A DNA stretch of 63,106 bases, counting the filler, from Chiloscyllium plagiosum (Eukaryota): NCBI RefSeq assembly GCF_004010195.1. It is 7 parts of 7 records of this genome, joined end to end, with 100 filler letters (N's around TTAATTAATTAA, not from the genome) between each part and the next. Parts side by side here need not be neighbours in the genome. Positions count along the whole stretch, not along the records: positions 24,065 to 39,263 come from NC_057755.1; positions 39,364 to 56,905 come from NC_057717.1; 5 more parts are not named here. One strand, 5' to 3'. A model generated the notes under the pieces. The model was not told where the DNA came from. It ran no database searches and saw nothing but the letters and a program-made list of their open reading frames with translations. Both the position numbers and the translations under genes were made by a program. Shown here one piece after another: positions 36,891-51,564 of this stretch; within the stretch, counting starts at the first letter, position 1, and each line of letters begins with the position of its first letter.

Positions 36891-38474
36891 TCCTGTTCCT
36901 TGGATGCTGCCTGACCTGCTGCGCTTTTCCAGCAACACATTTTCAGCTCTGATCTCCAGCATCTGCAGCCCTCACTTTCTCCACCTTAAACATATCCCTT
37001 GTACATTTGGGATCGTTACTCTAGGAAAGGAAACACCTTGTCTTTTTATTCTTTCCTTGTACCTCATGTTATTAGAAATCTCTATACAGTCAGCCTTCGC
37101 CCTCCGATTCACCAGAGAAAATAACCCAAGCCTATTCAACCTCTCTTGATAGTTCAACTCTCCAAATCGGGCAACATTCTTGTTTGATGTTTTTTTTTCG
37201 ATTCTTTTCAAAGTTAAACGCATATTTCCAATAACATGGACATTAGAATTTACAGATTATTCTAAATTTGGCCTAGCAGATTAACCTGAAAATGGCCTAA
37301 CAGCCGTAACATAGCCTCACAACTCCTCCATTCAATGTACTGACAATTAAAAGCAAGATTACCAAACGCCGTCTTCATGTATCAATGACCGATTTGGTCA
37401 GGTCTTGTGCACCAAACCCTTACATCTAAACACCAACAGCTTCGTCAGTTTTTCTCGTTTTATGTCTATTTGGTAGCCTTGCAGTCATGCCATTTCTGCA
37501 CTTAAGAGGAAAAGCCAGACACATGAGCAACATGATTCTAATTCCATGAGAGCCAGAGAGAGCTGAATGTTTGAGTGGACAGGTTACATTATGCTCCGTA
37601 TTGTTTGCTTTCATCTTCTGCTCCTGTTGTTCCCACGTAATGATTGATCTTTTCCAAGCAATTTGGCAAATGCTTAATCAGTTTGAGTACCTTTTTTATG
37701 TACTACAGAAATACTTCAAGCAATTGCACCACTTTATAAAATTGCACTACTTATAAAACTCATTCTTATTGAAGAAGAGTGATTATCTGAAATGCTACAA
37801 AATGAGCTATAATCCTTGATGTAAGTAGAGGATTGATTGCACAGCTCCAACCGATCCCACTCAGACAGGCTCAATTCGTTGACACGTCTTCTGAGCTACA
37901 TCAATCTCCACTTCTTTTACTTTTCTCAAAAAATACACGTTTGTAAATGCCTTCCTTTTGCCATTTTGCTTTTGAAGATATATTGAACGAAACATGTCTT
38001 GAATAAAATCTCAAACTGGTAAAGAAACTTAACAGGTGTGGCAGTATCAGTGGTGAGCAAAAAAAAACAAAACGTTTCGTATCCAGTGATGCTTAATCAG
38101 TCCGTGGTTCCAAAAGATTAACCCTGTTTCGGTATCTCCACGGATGCTGCTAGACCTGTTGAGTTTCTCTGCCAATGTCTATTTTTGTTTCAGATTACCA
38201 CCATCCACAGCTCTTTGTTTTGCTCTTGCTCGTTTCTCTTTTGCTGCTGTCTCTGTGTCCAGTGAGCACATCCGTGCAGACTGCCTATGATCAGCCTCAG
38301 AGCCAATGTTACAAAGTCAGAAGTGGCAGCCGCGATGGTAAGACACTGATGGGTATTTGCGAAGCAGAACTACCAGGCGAAGCGGCACAGTTGTTTAGCA
38401 ATTGTGGTGTTTTATCTTGATTGTACCAAGATGTGAGAGAAGCGACATTTTTTTTCTCACCCTTCCACGTGCAG

Positions 38475-38811
38475 GGCTGCAGAAGTTCCCTCGTGTTCCA
38501 GTGGATAAAGTGAATGTCCTTTGTGCAGGGAGGTACAGTGGAATTGCATTGTGACTGAATTGACACCAAACAGAACTATTTGCGCTGGTACTGCCATCAT
38601 GGAGGGCATGGTTCCTGTACCTCATGATCTCTATTTTTATCTCTGATCCTATGTCTGAAGAGGGTTTCAAGGAGAGGTGTTTATTCTCCTAGTCCAGTTA
38701 GATGTGGTGCAGCCTGAAAATATTGAGCATGGAACCGACTGACATAGCACTTTATTATTGTACTGCTGATTATTACAGTGATTCAACAGTTTCAGAGCTG
38801 AGTCAAAGGCT
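38475..38811 (+). pseudogene. TRBV: Decayed TCR beta-type V segment 4 with degenerate RSS
   Basis: GCRSSLVFQWIK*...VELHCD*...YLRWYC...EEGFKER...CSLKILSMEPTDIALYYCTAD; multiple stops and a frameshift; TACAGTG-22nt-TCAAAGGCT; no leader found. Confidence 0.82.
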
Positions 38812-39263
38812 AATCAGTTTTTGCGCTATGAGCCAAGCAATTGGGACAGCATCTATGCATCAAAATGCTTGCTGTGACGTTTGTCAAGATTTTGCAAATA
38901 ATTCCTGAAAACAGAAGGGAGCTGCTTGACAAAGCAAAAATTAAGGCATTGATTTATAAATTTTCACTGTAGAGGAGTGCAACTGGTCAGAACATAGAAC
39001 ATAGAACATAGAAGGATACAGCGCAGTACAGGCCCTTCGGCCTTCGATGTTGCGCCGATCCAAGCCCACCTAACCTACACTAGCCCACTATCCTCCATAT
39101 GCCTATCCAATGCCCGCTTAAATGCCCATAATGAGGGAGAGTCCACCACTGCTACTGGCAGGGCATTCCATGAACTCACGACTCGCTGAGTAAAGAACCT
39201 ACCCCTAACATCTGTCCTATACCTACCCCCCTTAATTTAAAGTTATGCCCCCTTGTAATAGCT

Positions 39264-39363
39264 NNNNNNNNNNNNNNNNNNNNNNNNNNNNNNNNNNNNN
39301 NNNNNNNTTAATTAATTAANNNNNNNNNNNNNNNNNNNNNNNNNNNNNNNNNNNNNNNNNNNN
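39264..39363. other. Artificial contig-join spacer
   Basis: N44-TTAATTAATTAA-N44. Confidence 0.97.
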
Positions 39364-41725
39364 CTGTCATCCTTCACTGCATTCCCTCAATGTCAGGTTT
39401 GCCCTTTATAAGGTAAGGACATTAAAACTGCACACAATACTTCACAATGTTCGAGATGGGGTCCCACCAAGGCCCTGTTCAGTTGCAGTAAATGACCCTT
39501 ACTCCTGTATTCTAAATCCCCCTGAAATGAAGGTGAATAAACCATTTATCTGCCTACCTGCTTTCTGCTCCTGCAATATTGCTTTCAGTGACTAGTGTAC
39601 AGGGAGCTACAGATTCTTTTCAATGTTACAGCTCCCTACTTGCTGGGTCTATGTACACTGTATACAGCATGCCAATGCCATTCTCAGTATTGACATCCGT
39701 GTTCAGAACTCACTGCCCTACATGGAATCGGAAGGCTGCGCAGAAATAAACAAAAATGCAGCTTAACTTCATTTAAAGATCAACAATTTTCAACCAATAC
39801 CTTTTCAAGTGATAGGCTGCCATTCAATTGATCCCATTAATGTACACAACCTCTCATCTCTGCCATTGCTCTCCATCTGCCAGGTATTTGCCCAGTCGCT
39901 CCACTTGTCTCAATCAACTTGGATCCTTTTTTCCCATCCTCCTCATCCACTCAAAAGCTGACATCGTTTAGAGCTGTCAGCAGTCTTGGGAATATTGCAA
40001 TTGAGCTCCTCAACCAAAGATATAATGTGTTTGGGATTAATTGGATCCCAAAACCCGACCCTTGTTATATCATCCAAGCCTTCCATTCAAAAAACATGGT
40101 TTTGTTCATACTCACTGTTTCCTGCCAGCTCTCCCATTCTAAAACCATGACCATATATTAGCCCCAGTCCCATAGGATTCGAATTTGCACAATAGGCTTG
40201 GGGCTTTATCAAAAATCTTTCTGAGATTCCAATCGTATTGCGTTGATACCTTCTCCATAATTTTGCTAAAAGCCATTTTCTCAAACATGATTCTTATTTC
40301 ATAAACCTCTGTTGACTTTGTCTATGCCCATTAATTTCAGTCCAATATTTTCTCTAAAACTGTTTAGTTGCTAATTTAATTCTATTCCCTTTTTCTCACC
40401 AAACTAAAGTTCCCTAGTATTACGAGGAAATTTTATTTTTGTTTTTTTTTCTTCTTCTGTGAAGGCATAACCGAAATATTTGATCCAATGATCTGCTATT
40501 TCCCGGTTCTCAATTACCTGGTATCAGACTGTAAGTAAGCTGCACCATTTTCTCTTAATTTTGCCATTGGCGTATTTTCAAAAGATATTACAAGTTCACT
40601 CCTATACACTGTGATAAGATCTTCTTCAGAAACCCATCAATTCCTATCTTGAGCTACTGAATGAATGACCTTCCACAGCCATACAATCACAGAAGCACAG
40701 ACTCAGAAATACAGCACGGTCTACATTAGCCCCACTTTCCAACACAAAACCTGTCGCTGTGAATCTTATGGCATTTCAAGTGCACAACCATGTATTTTCT
40801 AATGGTCTTGAGGTTAACATGACAATTCCTCTCTCACGAAGTGCATCCCAGACCCAAACACACTTTGCTTGAAAAACAGTCCTCAAATCCTCACTAAGCC
40901 TCAAACCCTTCACTTTAAAAGTATGTCCCTTTGATCAAAAGGACCAGCTGCTCTCTATCCACCCCATCCATATCCCTCGTAATCTTATCTTCCTGATTCA
41001 CGTCCCACTTAGCCTTCTCTGCTCCAAAGTAAACAATCCGAGCTTATCCAGGCTCTCTCCGTAGCTGATATACTCCATCCCAGGGAACATCCTGGTGAAT
41101 CTCCTCTGCACCCCCTCCAGTACAATCACATCTTTCCTGTAATGGAGCTCCCAGAAATACACACAGTATTCCATCTTGGCTAATCATGTTCCACATAGCT
41201 CTTATAATCTATGCTTCGATATGTGAAGGCTATGTTTACACTCCCGTATGCTTTCTCACTAATGCAAGTTCCACATAGCTCTTATAATCTATGCTTCGAT
41301 ATGTGAAGGCTATGTTTACACTCCCGTTCGCTTTCTCAAATTGTGGTTTACCCTGTCCAGCCACATTCAGGGATGTATGGAGAAGCACCCTCTCAGCTTC
41401 CATGTATGCTACCATTCATTGAGTCCTTGCCTGTCTGGTTCCTTCTTCCAAAGTGCATCACCTCATATTTATCAGGGTTACATTCCATCTGCCATTGATC
41501 CACACATCTGACCATTTTCTCTGTCTTGATGTGACCATTTGACCATTCCATCTGTATCTTCCTGCAGCATAAGGCCTTCCTCCTCACTGTCATCTACCCA
41601 GCCAATCACAAACTTAGGTATGACACTCCCCACCCACCCCTCGTCCATATTCACAGCTGCATCCTTTATGATAAGGTTTAAAATCACAAAACATCAGCTT
41701 GTAGTCCAACAGGTTTATTCAGAGG

Positions 41726-41760
41726 CACGAGCTTTCAAAACGCTGCTTCTTCATCAGGTG
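41726..41760 (-). ncRNA. Minimal type I hammerhead ribozyme motif (second Penelope-like family)
   Basis: Minus strand CAC-CTGATGA-A-GAAGC-AGC-GTTTT-GAAA-GCTC-GTG: stem I CAC/GTG, stem II with G.U pairs, palindromic AGCT stem III. Confidence 0.55.
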
Positions 41761-43959
41761 GTTGTGTACTTTGATGAAGTACTTCGAAAGCTAGTGCCGC
41801 CGAATAAACCTTTTGGACTATAAACTTATGCTATGCAATTTATAGCTTTGTCCACCCCAGTCCAACACCAATACCTCCGAATCACAAATATTAAGAGACA
41901 CAGCACTGATCCCCACGGTACACCATTGGACACTAGCCTCCAATCGCACAAACAGCCTTCTACCACCACCCTCTGTCTCCTACCACTAAAGTTGATTTGG
42001 TTGCAACTTGGCAAGTCATTAATGAGTCCTAGCAGTTCCCTGGTTATTCTGTTCCGCTGGAGACACTTGTAGAATATCTGGAGATTATCCTGAATCTTGC
42101 CTACTAGTAGGTTTCCATGCCCCTGTGTTAGTCAGTCCCCTCCAAGTGATGAATTTCCTCCTTATTGCAGTCTTAACTGGCCTGTCCCAGATCCTGCCAT
42201 TATTTGCCTTGAATGTGGAAGAGACAGCGAGGGAAGCATTCTGTTAATTTCCAACTTGTCAGATGTTTTGTGAATTTTCTAAATTTCACTGTGACCCACC
42301 TCTCATTCTTTGAAACTCTAGAGAACANNNNNNNNNNNNNNNNNNNNNNNNNNNNNNNNNNNNNNNNNNNNNNNNNNNNNNNNNNNNNNNNNNNNNNNNN
42401 NNNNNNNNNNNNNNNNNNNNNNNNNNNTTCCCTGGTTATTCTGTTCCGCTGGAGACACTTGTAGAATATCTGGAGATTCTCCTGAATCTTGCCTACCAGT
42501 AAGTTTCCATGCCCCTGTGTTAGTCAGTCCCCTCCAAGTGATGAATTTCCTCCTTATTGCAGTCTTAACTGGCCTGTCCCAGATCCTGCCATTATTTGCC
42601 TTGAATGTGGAAGAGACAGCGAGGGAAGCATTCTGTTAATTTCCAACTTGTCAGATGTTTTGTGAATTATCTAAATTTCACTGTGACCCACCTCTCATTC
42701 TTTGAAACTCTAGAGAACACATACTGAGTTTCCTTATCAGGCAATCTCACCATCTGAGGGATTAATCTGGAGAATGTCCATTGTACTTCCTCTCAGGTCA
42801 GTATATTCTTTCTGAGATTCGGTCACCAAAACTGTACACAATACCCCAGGTACAGTCCCACCAACACGCAGTGAAACTGTTTCAACATGTCTTTACATCA
42901 ATGTTCTGACTCCCTTAAATGAAGGGAAACCAAACTTTAACTTTCCACTTACATATATTCCTCCAAATACCCTTCACAGTCATTGCATTTACGAACTCAC
43001 TGAGATCTTAGAGAAAGCCTCCCGAAAATCCAGTATCTGCAACTTCTACTGGTTCCCCATTATCTATGCTGTAAGAAACAACTTCAAACAATTCCGAAGT
43101 TTATTAAGTATGATGTTTCAGTCAGAAATGCATGCTGATTCTCTCCATTATTGCTGTTAATTTCTAAATATCAAAAAGGTCATCCTGTGTAATAGATTCC
43201 AACAGTTTCCCTCCAAATGTCAAGTTAACTGGTCTACAGTTCTCCACACGATGTCTTTTTTCCCTTTGTAGCTGTTTGGATCCCTTCCATTCATCTATAG
43301 TATATCCACAATAGTTTCCGGTCTCTGCAGAATGTACAGGAAAATAAAACACAGTCATCGACTGTGCAATTAATACTACTATTGGTGGTTAATTTCCGAC
43401 ATTTTGATATGAAGTACATCTGTTTCGTCAGACTTAGCAATGCTCAATCCAGCTACATGTTCAAGTACCACCTTGTTACTGATATGAATTGACTTTGTAT
43501 TTAGCTCCAGGAGTCCGATATGATCACTTGGTCATACTGGGTGATTTTCTGAATCTTCCTCCATGAAGACAGATGCAATGTAAATGGTTATTTTGTTGGC
43601 CATTTCCCTGTTCTCTACAAGGACCTCTCCTCTCCAGTTTACAAACTTCCACATTTGACCTTACTTTTTGTTTCCTTTGAAATATAGATCGCAGATTGAT
43701 GCAGTCTTTGTGTTCCTGTTTGTTAGCATGCATATTCGCTTTTTGATTCCCTTATCAGTTTCATGGTCTTCCTTTCCTGGATCGTTAATTTTTGAGAATT
43801 CTCAGGTTTCCACAATAGCTGGAATTCTTCTGAAGTCACTTCCTACGATTAACATATTTTCTAATTTGTTATGTTAATCATCACTGAGTCACTTTCTCAG
43901 TCTTTGTTGTTTGTACCTGAAATAAATAGATGCATGTTTGAGACTTTGCAGTATTTCTA

Positions 43960-45620
43960 AAAACTCCTGGTCCTGACCAGTTATATTCAGGAACACAGCA
44001 GGAGGATAGGAAGATAGAGAAAAAATTGTGGGAGCACTGCTTGGCTCTTTTCTGTCATCGCTGGCCAACGAGTGCCGTCCTGGACGACTGGAGTGTAGCG
44101 AATACTGAGCCCCTATTCAAGAAATGCTACAAAGATTAACCTGGGAACTAAAGACTAGTAATCCTAAAATCTAGCGTGTAGGTTACTTTAGAAGATTCGG
44201 AGAGATTGGATATACATGCATTTGGAAAGACAGGGTGTGGTTCGGAGTAAGATTAGAATGGTGCTGGAAAAGCAGAGCAGGTCAGGCAACATCCGAGTAG
44301 CAGAAAAATCGATGTTTCGGGCAAAAACCCTTCATCAAAGACAGCACAGGAGTTTGTGCAAGAGAGATCATGACTCACAATTTTGTTGGAGTTCTTTGAT
44401 AAAGTGACCAGCAACATTGAGGAGGTCCGGGTGGTATACGTAGTCTCGGTTGATTCCAGTAAGGCCTTCAGTAAGTTTCCACATGGTACGTTGCTATGGA
44501 AGGTTAAATGGCATGGAAGTGAGGGGGAGCTGGCAAATTAGGTATAAAATTGCCTTGATGGTAGGAAGGAGAGATTAATACTGGAAACATGTTGGTCAGA
44601 CTGGAGGCCTGTGAATAGTGGAATGACTCAGGGGTTGGTACTGGGACCACTACATATTAAATATCTATGATTTAGATGAGAATGTACAGGCATGATTTGT
44701 AAGTTTGAAGACGGAACTAAAACAAGCAGCATCATGGAGAGTGAGGAAGGTTATCATAAATTTCAGAAATTACAGTAGTACCTTGATCAGCTGGAGAAGT
44801 GAGCTGAGAAATGGCAAATGTATTTTAATATTGATCAGTGTAAGTTCTTGTATTTTAGAAAGTCAAATCAAGTTTTGAGTTTCATGGTGAATGTTTGGGT
44901 CCTAAGGAGTGTAGTGGAACAGAGGGACCTTGGAATTCAGGTGCATGGTTCTCTGGAAGTTGATTCAGAGGTAGACAGGGCAGAAAGCTTTTGGCACACT
45001 GGCCTTAATCGGTTTATATCACTGAGTATCGAAATTAGAGAGTTATGATGCAGTTATACAGGATGCCAGTGAGGCCATATTGGTAGCGTTATGTTCAGTT
45101 TTGTTCACTTTGCTATAGGAAGGATGTTATTAAACTGGAAAGAGTGCAGAAAACATTTACAAGGATGTTGCCAAGTTCTCAATGGTCTGAATTACAGAAA
45201 GAGGTTGGACAAGCTAGGACTTTTTACTTTTGTGTGCATGAGGCTGTGGGAGGATCATATTGAAGTTTATAAGATCATGACAGGCATGAATAGAGTGAAT
45301 GCACCCAGTCTTTTTTCCCAGGGTTGGGCAATCACAGATTAGAGGGCATCAGTTTAAGGTCAGAGGGGACAGAATTAAAGGGAACTTGAGGAACAACTTT
45401 TTAACACAGGAGCTGTTACGCATATGGAATGAGAAGTGGTTGAGGCGGATACATTAACAATATTTAAAAGGCATTTGAACAAATACATGGATAGTAAAGG
45501 ATTAGAAAGATACGGGACAATGGCAGGGAAATGGGTTTAGCGTGGATGGGCATTTTGGTCGGAATGGACCAGTTTGGGCCGAATGGCCTGTCTCCGTGCT
45601 GTCTGCCTCTATGACTGTAA
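43960..45620 (+). mobile_element. Degenerate CR1 LINE (RT region to 3' end), interrupted by a Penelope-like terminal fragment at ~44250-44337
   Basis: PDDWSVAN..PLFKK, KAFSKFPH, QGLVLGP, WQMYFN, NYRKRLDKLGLF, in broken frames. Confidence 0.8.
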
Positions 45621-46789
45621 CAACCATTGCTTGTCTCCCAGTGAATATTATATTGTACTTTCAAATTCACTGAAGATATCTTGACACTCTCGCCTCCAGT
45701 CTTCCATGATGTTTGACTGGAATATTCAAGCATTCTAAGTTGTATGCAGACACCTTGTAAACTGCTCCTTATAAATGCCATTATTCCTTAAAAGCTGCTT
45801 CAGACCAAGGTTAATAATTCGTCTTTCTGGACACACAACATCAAATCCGAAATAACCTGCTCTCTAGTTTGCTTCACAATGTACTCTTCAACCCACCTCA
45901 TATACACTTATGGAACATATTTTTCACAGCGTCAGCAGTCACTTAGTTAACGCTGTTAAACCATTCAATAAGACTGCGGTATCCACAATACTTGCCTATC
46001 TAATTTCCAGAGCATACAATGCTCTGATTTTCTGCGACCGTTTTGGTTTCGATATATAACACACCAATATTTGCTTCTTCTTGCTGTCTGTAAACTCTAC
46101 CTAAACTGATTCTGTGGAAGCTGAGGGCAAGGTCTGTGTCGTTATTAGTGATAGACCTGGACAAGACATTCAGGGAGGCTCACCTCGACGCTGAGATGAT
46201 CTGACGAAATGTCCCACAATACTGGACAAGCAACAATATCCTCCTCGCTCTGTTAGGATAAGAGTTATCATATACTCTCTGCTCCCTCACACTCACTGTA
46301 TATCTGTTATGGCACCTAACCCCGAAAAAGGTTCACGCTCTGTCTCCAAAAAAGGCTCAGGCACTACCACTCTCACTATTGAATTCAGCAACTAATAATA
46401 CTATATGGATTCAAAACTGTCGACTGACTCATTCCAGACATCTCACAACTTCCCCCACCTACACCAGCACAAACAGCATTCACCCATTCACACCCTCCCT
46501 CCATCCCTTTCTCCCATTCCAGGAGAAACTGCCTGGAATAGGATAGAAAGGGCCAAGCCGGGTAGTGGAGTGCCCGATATCCGTTCCCTCACCCCCCTCC
46601 CCCCGTCATATGGGGAGGACTCTTAAAGAACTGGAGAGGACCAGGATGCCTCGTGTGGAGAACCTAAAACATCCACGTCCTACTGACCAGTTAAGGAGCA
46701 ATGTTCACTGAAAGACAATTCTCAGTTTAAACCCACTGGCAGCTCCCACAACAGTCACAACAGTCCTTTCACTTCCAAACAAAAACCAC

Positions 46790-47160
46790 AGATACCTCAC
46801 TGCACATAGACGCAGACACAAGAAATACACAGACGAACACACACAATACTTACAAGGAGATAGGCATACACACACATATAAACACACTGAGACATATACA
46901 GTCACATACAAATAGACATAAATGCAGATAGCAACACAGGCTGAAACACAGACAGACAGATGTAGACACACAAACACGCAGATAACAAGCACACGGACAC
47001 ACATACGCAGGCACACGCACATACAGACAAACACAAACAGAGGCACAAACACAGTAGACACACAAACACACAAATAACAAGCACACAGACACACACACAC
47101 ACACACTCATACAGATACACGCACAAACACTTACTCACATACAGACACACAGAGGCACAG
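46790..47160. repeat. Degenerate CA/ACAG simple repeat
   Basis: Produces spurious CV-rich ORFs. Confidence 0.75.
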
Positions 47161-50100
47161 AGAATAGTGTCATTAAGACACAAGTCGATATGTTTTTGAT
47201 TTGTAAGGGGATCAATGATTCCAGGGAGAAGGCAGAAGAATGAGGTCGATGTACTAATAAGAAATTATTGAATGGAATTTCGGACTCGATAGGCTGAATG
47301 ACCTCAATCTGCTCATTTCCCTCATGCTCCTGCGGTATTATGCGATTAGGCATTCTCTTCCTGAGACAGCAGCAGAGGTTGGGTGTGATAGATATTTGAT
47401 TGGAAATGGTCGGTGGGAATGGAGGACAGGTTTGGATTCCGGAATGGTTTATCTTTATTCCTAATTATTCTGTCCTTATGTCTGAAAAGAGTTGGTGATT
47501 TGATGTTCAGTTAACACAGTTTAAAATAACAGTTGTCCCACAATGAAATAAGGACGTCCCTTTCACTTTAGTCTTGTGCTACCTGTGATGTCCTCATCCT
47601 CAGGGGGCAGTGAAGAGTCGGTTATTGAAGATATTCCAGGCTGAGCTCGACTGATCTTTACTGGACAGTAGGGTCAGTGTTTATTGTGAAGAGACAGGAA
47701 ATGGATGGTCAGGCACACTCGGATCAGCCATGAGCATTCTGAATGGTGCAACCGAATGGGTAAATTCTGCCCCTACCCCATGTGTTCCCTCAATCCACCT
47801 CTCGAGGCTGTTACAGAGATATACTGTTGTGCCTGCCCCATGTGTTATTCCCACAATCCACCCCTCGATGCTGTTACAGGGTTGGGGACCACTCCATTAA
47901 GTTAGATAGGATCGTTACAATGATCCAGGAGGAGACCATTCTGCCCCTCTAAGGAATTACACAGGAATATGGAATGAAGTAATTCAGCTCGTTCAGTACA
48001 CTACACAGTCGTGGAGGAGGCCTTTCAACCCACCTGAGCTGCTACACAGGAAAAGGGAAGCTGTCGCTAACAGGAAAGAGAGAGTAGAGACAAATGTTTA
48101 TTTTCAGTCTGCAAAGCTGTAACTGATGGAGTGCCTCAGAGATCACTGTGGGGTTATTAATGATCAATAATCTTTATCAAAGATCTGGAGAAGGGGAGGC
48201 AATAGCTTGGAGCTCAATTAGCTCGTACACCAAGATGGCCATTCAATGTGTTGTCAAATGGAGGCCTGCAATGTGATACAGGCAGGGAAGGTTAGTGAGC
48301 AAACCTTCAGCAGAAATAACATAAGGTAAGTTATCTATTTTGGCATGAAAGATGAAACAATGGTAAACAATTTAAATGGAGAGAGATTGCAGAACACTGT
48401 GATACAGCAGGTTTCCATGTTCTTTCGACATGAATCATATGAAGTCAGATTCAGCAACTGATTTGGAAGGTAAGTGGAATGATGCTGTTTTTGGCAAAAA
48501 AAGCATCAGGTTTAATTGCAGTAATGTTTTACTGCATCTGTATAAGGCATTGCTGAGACTGCACCTAATACACTGTGTGCAGATTTGATCCCCGAAAATA
48601 AACTAAAACGATATAATTCTTTTCGAGATTTTCAAAGAGGTTTCCCTTTACTCATTCCTGGAATTCCGGCCTTTTATTATGGGGGATTATCCGTTTTGAT
48701 CTTAGCTGAGAAATAGTATTGAACTAACCATGAATTTCTGAAAAGTGTATCAGCTGGATGCATATTATCTCCTGTCAGGGCGACTAAAGCTAGAGAATAA
48801 ACTTTAAGGAAAAGATACATTGATATTAACACACATACTATGAAGACACCTACCATTATTTACACATTACACAGACACATATAAACATGTCATCAAATTA
48901 TGAAGTGGGGACATGTTTGCGATTGGAAGGAATTGTGTACAACAAGAGCAATGACGCACCTGCATATAATCCATAAGCAGGTTTTCCAGAGAATGTTCCA
49001 GGAGATCGCACATTGTCCAGTTTGGTGTTTAGTTGACATAATTGTTTGTTCCAACACAGAAAGGGATAAAAATGTTCCCTGCCTGAGAAGCAGCAGCAGA
49101 TTGATCCCTCTCTCTTACTTTGTTCCGCCCGAGAGCAAAGTGTGAGGCCAGAAAATCCCTGAGTTATCTTTACCACTTGTGAAGGATTCCTGGTGAGGAT
49201 TCATTGGAATCTCATCACTTCCTGAAACGAAGGGAAATCAGCCAAATCCAACTGTTCCATAAAGAAATCCCAATACCAGTAGCTTGTGTGAGCAGAGTAA
49301 CTTCAAGGCCAGAATAACATTTGGGGCACTCTGTCATTTTACCATTTGTTGTGAGTTCAACTTTCTGTGTCTCACATTTTTCTCGAAAATGACCTAGTCT
49401 GAGATCTATATCAATGGCCACATTCCTAAACTGGTTGCATTTAAGATTGGTGTAACCAGTGGAGGAGTGGGACTGGAAAAGGACATAGTGACCTTCCAAC
49501 ATTTGTTGGAACACAAATGAGAATTTCTCAAAGTGCTGTTCAAGTGGAAATTCCCTTCCCCAGAGAATTGTGGCTTCTGGATGTTTGCATTTATTCAAAG
49601 TTGTTTTTGGTATGTATAAAATGGCATACAGGCAGAAACGTGCTGCTGAGACCAAAAGAACATGGAGCAGTAATGAAGTATCTAATGGACCACTCCTGCT
49701 GCTCAGTCCTATGTTGCTGTGTTCTATTCAACCCCTCACAGCCTCTGCAAAGAGCAGATGGAGGCCACATGTCACAGATACCTGGTCAGCAGTAATACAG
49801 GATCTCATTCACTCCCGAAAGATTGTCACACATGGTTTGGTGTCGGNNNNNNNNNNNNNNNNNNNNNNNNNNNNNNNNNNNNNNNNNNNNNNNNNNNNNN
49901 NNNNNNNNNNNNNNNNNNNNNNNNNNNNNNNNNNNNNNNNNNNNNNNNNNNNNNNNNNNNNNNNNNNNNNNNNNNNNNNNNNNNNNNNNNNNNNNNNNNN
50001 NNNNNNNNNNNNNNNNNNNNNNNNNNNNNNNNNNNNNNNNNNNNNNNNNNNNNNNNNNNNNNNNNNNNNNNNNNNNNNNNNNNNNNNNNNNNNNNNNNNN

Positions 50101-51564
50101 NNNNNNNNNNNNNNNNNNNNNNNNNNNNNNNNNNNNNNNNNNNNNNNNNNNNNNNNNNNNNNNNNNNNNNNNNNNNNNNNNNNNNNNNNNNNNNNNNNNN
50201 NNNNNNNNNNNNNNNNNNNNNNNNNNNNNNNNNNNNNNNNNNNNNNNNNNNNNNNNNNNNNNNNNNNNNNNNNNNNNNNNNNNNNNNNNNNNNNNNNNNN
50301 NNNNNNNNNNNNNNNNNNNNNNNNNNNNNNNNNNNNNNNNNNNNNNCTTAAAGCACTGTGCAGATTAAATAATTCAGTTAATGTTTTATTTTTATCCTGC
50401 AAATCCAGTTTAATCAGGGACATAACAATTCATTAACTCAAGTTACGTGTGAAACTGATCAAAACAGTGAAACTGATCTGTCTTTCATTGAATTGAGCAG
50501 AATTTCCAAATGGTCTTTGCCAATGATATTTTCAAGCCAGAAAAATATGTATGTAGTGTACGGCGAATGTAAAAGTTTTTCTTGATTCAATTATAACACA
50601 GTCATGGCATTTTTGCTCAAGAGCAAGAACTATTAGCCTTCCAACATCAGGGATTGTTCCAGAATGTTTGTACAATGAAAGTAACATTTCAACATTTTTC
50701 CAAGAATACTTTGACAGCAGCTCCAAATTGTTCAAACTCTATGGGAACTGCGGAGGAATAAAACTAGGAATTACATTGCCATCAATTCACTGTCACGGGA
50801 TTTCAACCTAGATCTCCCTTCCTCTTTCCCCTGTGCATGTCGCTGCACCAGACGGTCGACTTAGTTTGAAAAAGATTAAAATGTTTTGAAGTGTAATATG
50901 ACCTTTGCCAGTGAGATTAAAAGCTGATAATAGGTTTTCAAATAATAAGATGCAAAAAAAAATCTGATTCTACATTGTGCCACGAAACATGTCCTGCATA
51001 ACTGAGGCACAAAGAAAATATACAACATATTTCCCTCTGCCTTGCTCAATCAAATATCTCTTGTTGCCAACAACCAATTTCAAAACACTTGCTAACTGCC
51101 TTTTCTTCCTGAAACGTTCGTTCTGATTGGACCGACTTAGTCAGGGTTCTCAATTCTGAGACACCTCATCGAATATTGTATTTCTAACAGATAAAAGTGG
51201 TTTTGAAGCGCGAGATGAATAGGGTAGGGGAATGGGTCTGGCTGGGTTACTCTTCAGAGGGTTTTTGTGGACTTGTTGTGCCAAATGGCCCGATACCTAC
51301 TGCAGGAAATCGAATCGAAATGATTGTCACACTTGAGCACACTAATATGAGCAGATTCCTTCTGATCGCTACATTGCAATAAATCGGTCAAGTATATTAA
51401 TTAAAATAAATATTACTCTATTTTCAGAGTCTGAATAAACATTGTACTCTGTTATCCTCTAGTTCATGTCTTCTGCAAATTGGTGAACTCTGCATACGTC
51501 TGAACACATCGATGTAAAATGATTTCTCTGTGTTTGCAGCAAGTCCTCCCATGATTTTAAGAGT

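Noticed and set aside
39264-39363. Physical TRBV-IgH linkage implying chimeric rearrangement
   Set aside because: The two are separated by an artificial spacer; adjacency is not evidence
42038-42717. ~290-bp direct repeat
   Set aside because: Directly flanks a 100-N gap; typical contig-end overlap
46705-47183. Cys/Val-rich ORFs
   Set aside because: Translation of a CA/TG simple repeat
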